From: Desulfocapsa sulfexigens DSM 10523
GTDB lineage: Bacteria > Desulfobacterota > Desulfobulbia > Desulfobulbales > Desulfocapsaceae
Length of the DNA stretch: 32,000 nucleotides
Assembly: GCF_000341395.1 (NCBI RefSeq)
Contig: NC_020304.1
Coordinates: forward strand, 750,001 to 782,000
Direction: 5' to 3'
This document shows positions 29,590 through 32,000 of the stretch, piece by piece. Made by a program: the position numbers and the translations under genes. Position 1 is the stretch's first letter. Every line of letters begins with the position of its first letter. A model generated the notes under the pieces. That model did not search any database. It was not told the DNA's origin and saw nothing but the letters and a program-made list of their open reading frames with translations.

Positions 29590-30207
29590 TTAAAAAGACA
29601 CAAAGATTCCAGCAGAGAACAGATCCACATCTGACTCCCCAGTTGTACTATCATCACCAACAGTATACCAATCCCACCCAGCCCTAACTCCAAAGTTATC
29701 AGTGAAAGAGTAACGAGCCCCAAGGCCCAGCGCAAGGCCAAATCCATCATCGTCAATAGAGACTGCGTAACCACCACCGGATGCTGAGGATTCCACACTC
29801 CAGTAAAGGAATCCAAGCTTACTGAACAGAGCAAAGCTATCACCAATTGGCCAAGAAGCGGTCGCCACAGCCCCCATTCCACTAGCTGAAGCATTAGCAC
29901 TAACTGATAAGAACTGTGGATACACAGACACCAAGGAGCTTCCAGTAAACTCTCCCAGATCTGTATAGAATGCCTCTACCCCCCAAACAGGAGTGAATTG
30001 ATATCCACCATACACTTTAAAGCCCGTGTCGCTATCGTCACAGGTCAACAAGCCATCACAAACGTCACGGCCATAGGAAGTACCTGCGCTAATACCCATG
30101 TAGAATGCATCTGTACCTTTCACCGATGGGGCTTCTTCTAATGCCACCGCAAGAGTAGATACTGATAATAGTGTTGTAGCTATGGTAATAATAGTTTTAG
30201 TTTTCAT
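29590..30207 (-). CDS. outer membrane beta-barrel protein (OmpA-/OmpX-like barrel)
   Basis: Signal peptide, FYMGISAGTSYGRDV, GFKVYGGYQFTPVWGVEAFYTDLG, LGLGARYSFTDNFGVRAGWDWY, C-terminal ...SAGIFVSF ending in F. Confidence 0.85.
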   Translation of the reverse strand: MKTKTIITIATTLLSVSTLAVALEEAPSVKGTDAFYMGISAGTSYGRDVCDGLLTCDDSDTGFKVYGGYQFTPVWGVEAFYTDLGEFTGSSLVSVYPQFLSVSANASASGMGAVATASWPIGDSFALFSKLGFLYWSVESSASGGGYAVSIDDDGFGLALGLGARYSFTDNFGVRAGWDWYTVGDDSTTGESDVDLFSAGIFVSF

Positions 30208-30919
30208 TCTTCTCCTTCTCCTGGTTATCTTCCAACTGGGTCACTGAACCCTGTGTCTCTGATTTCAGTTGAGCCCCTTCAATTTCTACAATGACAATAT
30301 CTAAACCTTCACCATACTTATTATTAATTACTCTGGCAATTCCATCAGCATCATACGATACATCCATTGAAACCGTGCCAACATTCTCATTAAAGCTCTC
30401 TGAGTACTTGGGACTGGACACTAGGCCCGAAAGAGGGCCAAGCAACACTGCAGCCGTTGCTGGATCCATTCCAGATGATTCGTCCCCCATTATCTCTTGT
30501 CCTATATTCCAATTGACTACAATGTCACCAAGATAGTTCGTCTTCTTAGGGTGAACATTGAAGGCATAGCTTAACGCAAGGTTCTGAAGCGGTAGTGTGG
30601 GGTAACCCTCATAATAATTGATACCCGTTAGAACTTGCCTACCCTGATCGAAGTCAAATGCAAACAAACGCCCCGGTAATGTCTTAATGGGAGTACCAAC
30701 AGAACTTTCATTAAAGAATAGTGCACATTGGTTTGTAACGTCTTTACCATTGATTTGAACACTGATTGTCCCTGCCACTAGACCCTGTTGGTCATTCAGG
30801 GCAGACAGGGACTCAACATTACCCTTCGCACCACACCCACCTAAAGTCAGTGACACCAACAATGTCAATATCACAGACAGAATCGGATATGTTAATTGTC
30901 TACGACGTACCATAATCAT
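30197..30919 (-). CDS. putative lipoprotein, unknown function
   Basis: N-terminal signal with lipobox LGGC (LTLGGCGAKGN); start overlaps the barrel-gene region. Confidence 0.65.
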   Translation of the reverse strand: MIMVRRRQLTYPILSVILTLLVSLTLGGCGAKGNVESLSALNDQQGLVAGTISVQINGKDVTNQCALFFNESSVGTPIKTLPGRLFAFDFDQGRQVLTGINYYEGYPTLPLQNLALSYAFNVHPKKTNYLGDIVVNWNIGQEIMGDESSGMDPATAAVLLGPLSGLVSSPKYSESFNENVGTVSMDVSYDADGIARVINNKYGEGLDIVIVEIEGAQLKSETQGSVTQLEDNQEKEKNEN

Positions 30920-30946
30920 CTCTCTTGTATTCAGTTTATCTTTGTA

Positions 30947-31309
30947 TCAATCATACCGTACTGGTTGTGGAGGCAAGTCAGATGTATCGCAATCAATCTC
31001 CTTGGCAAGAGCAAGTAACCTGATATTCCGATCTAATAGTGCATTCCCCTCAATCCCATCTGCATTTTTAAAGTCCGCCAATCCAGGCCAAACTAAAGCA
31101 CCCACGATAACATCCTGAACATCATCACCATTATTCTTATCAATCTTAGCTGTAGCGACTTCTGTGTTTGACTTATACGCAACTGTTATCTCTTGGCAGA
31201 CGAGATTAAGATCATTCGCTTGCTTCATCATTACGGGGTTAGGATCTCTAGTGTTAGCGCATCCTGTAAATAGAAATAACAAGAGAACAACACCAATAAA
31301 GTTCTTCAT
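30947..31309 (-). CDS. putative small lipoprotein
   Basis: MKNFIGVVLLLFLFTGCANT lipobox signal. Confidence 0.65.
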   Translation of the reverse strand: MKNFIGVVLLLFLFTGCANTRDPNPVMMKQANDLNLVCQEITVAYKSNTEVATAKIDKNNGDDVQDVIVGALVWPGLADFKNADGIEGNALLDRNIRLLALAKEIDCDTSDLPPQPVRYD

Positions 31310-31853
31310 TTTACAATCTCCTTTCAGTGAAACATCTTGACCTTCCCATACTATATTGAGACACTTGCTTGCCGCAATGTCACATAAGTACCAACGCTTC
31401 TACTTTGCATGCCTGAGCGTGTCAACACCAAACATATGTTCAGTATTGACACTCGTTCCCACTTGCGCCCAGAGATACCGATACCACAGACTTTATAAAT
31501 AAATATAGCTACATATTTAATTCCTAAAATTATCTTGGATACCATTCCGCCCACCATCTGAGATACTCTTCATTGCTATCAAAGCTCAAGGCAACAATTA
31601 GCTTCTTATCCTTAACTATAGGTCTTGCTTATCCACACATGAGCACTCTGAGGTAGATTCCAGCTTCTTACCACCAGTTGACTTTATATATTATTCATAA
31701 GGAAGAGAGTGACTACCCTCCACTGGCGGGGGAGCCCAAAGCTAGAGCGACGACCTCCTACCCCTTCAGATTACTCCCCCCACCCTTGTCTTAAATTCGA
31801 GAGATTAAGGTAAAGAGTTAAGGAACCTAATCATAATACTAAGGAGGTTAATA

Positions 31854-32000
31854 ATGGAGATCTACGTAACTAATCTAAGTCAATACAACGCTGGGAAGCT
31901 TGTCGGGGAATGGCTGGAACTACCTTGTAGTGAGGAAGAGCTACAGGATGCTTTAAGCAGAGTTCTAGACCCTGATAAGGAATACTTTATAACGGATACA
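31854..32000 (+). CDS. ardA: ArdA-family antirestriction protein, N-terminus only (truncated by window end)
   Basis: My translation from the ATG at 31854 with RBS AAGGAGG (31841-31847): MEIYVTNLSQYNAGKLVGEWLELPCSEEELQDALSRVLDPDKEYFITDT, matching the ArdA N-terminal pattern. Absent from the ORF track because it has no stop in the window. Confidence 0.85.
   Translation, partial: MEIYVTNLSQYNAGKLVGEWLELPCSEEELQDALSRVLDPDKEYFITDT

Overview
The window is a gammaproteobacterial-type chromosome segment in three parts. (1) About 1-8.1 kb is ordinary backbone: Ppx/GppA phosphatase, methyl-accepting chemotaxis protein, cytochrome c5-like protein, family 2 glycosyltransferase, Lpp-like lipoprotein, and a GNAT-nitrilase fusion. 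(2) About 8.16-24.35 kb is a genomic island. It is bounded by an intact minus-strand tRNA-Leu(CAA) at 24350-24436 and a near-identical 3' fragment of that tRNA at 8158-8220, with a tyrosine integrase beside the intact tRNA. It carries HipB/HipA and a tightly packed six-gene operon (10513-17372): DndC-like sulfurtransferase, a 63 aa protein, DndD-like ATPase, a protein with a DndE-like N-terminus and an FtsK-type motor, a second AAA ATPase, and a DUF4435/TOPRIM-like protein. No DndA, DndB or DndFGH is visible. The ATPase/DUF4435 pair resembles PARIS (AriA/AriB) and may be an unrecognised effector module for this phosphorothioation-type system. (3) About 24.6-32 kb is a second mobile element: integrase, helicase-like gene, repeats, a beta-barrel protein and two lipoproteins, and at the window edge the start of an ArdA antirestriction gene that the ORF track missed. 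Three IS insertions were resolved to the base: one IS21-family element (TSD TTTGCC) and two 1280 bp IS3-family copies (TSDs CAA and AGA). Removing them in silico restores two uninterrupted host ORFs: a 270 aa replication/unknown protein and a 410 aa helicase-like protein.
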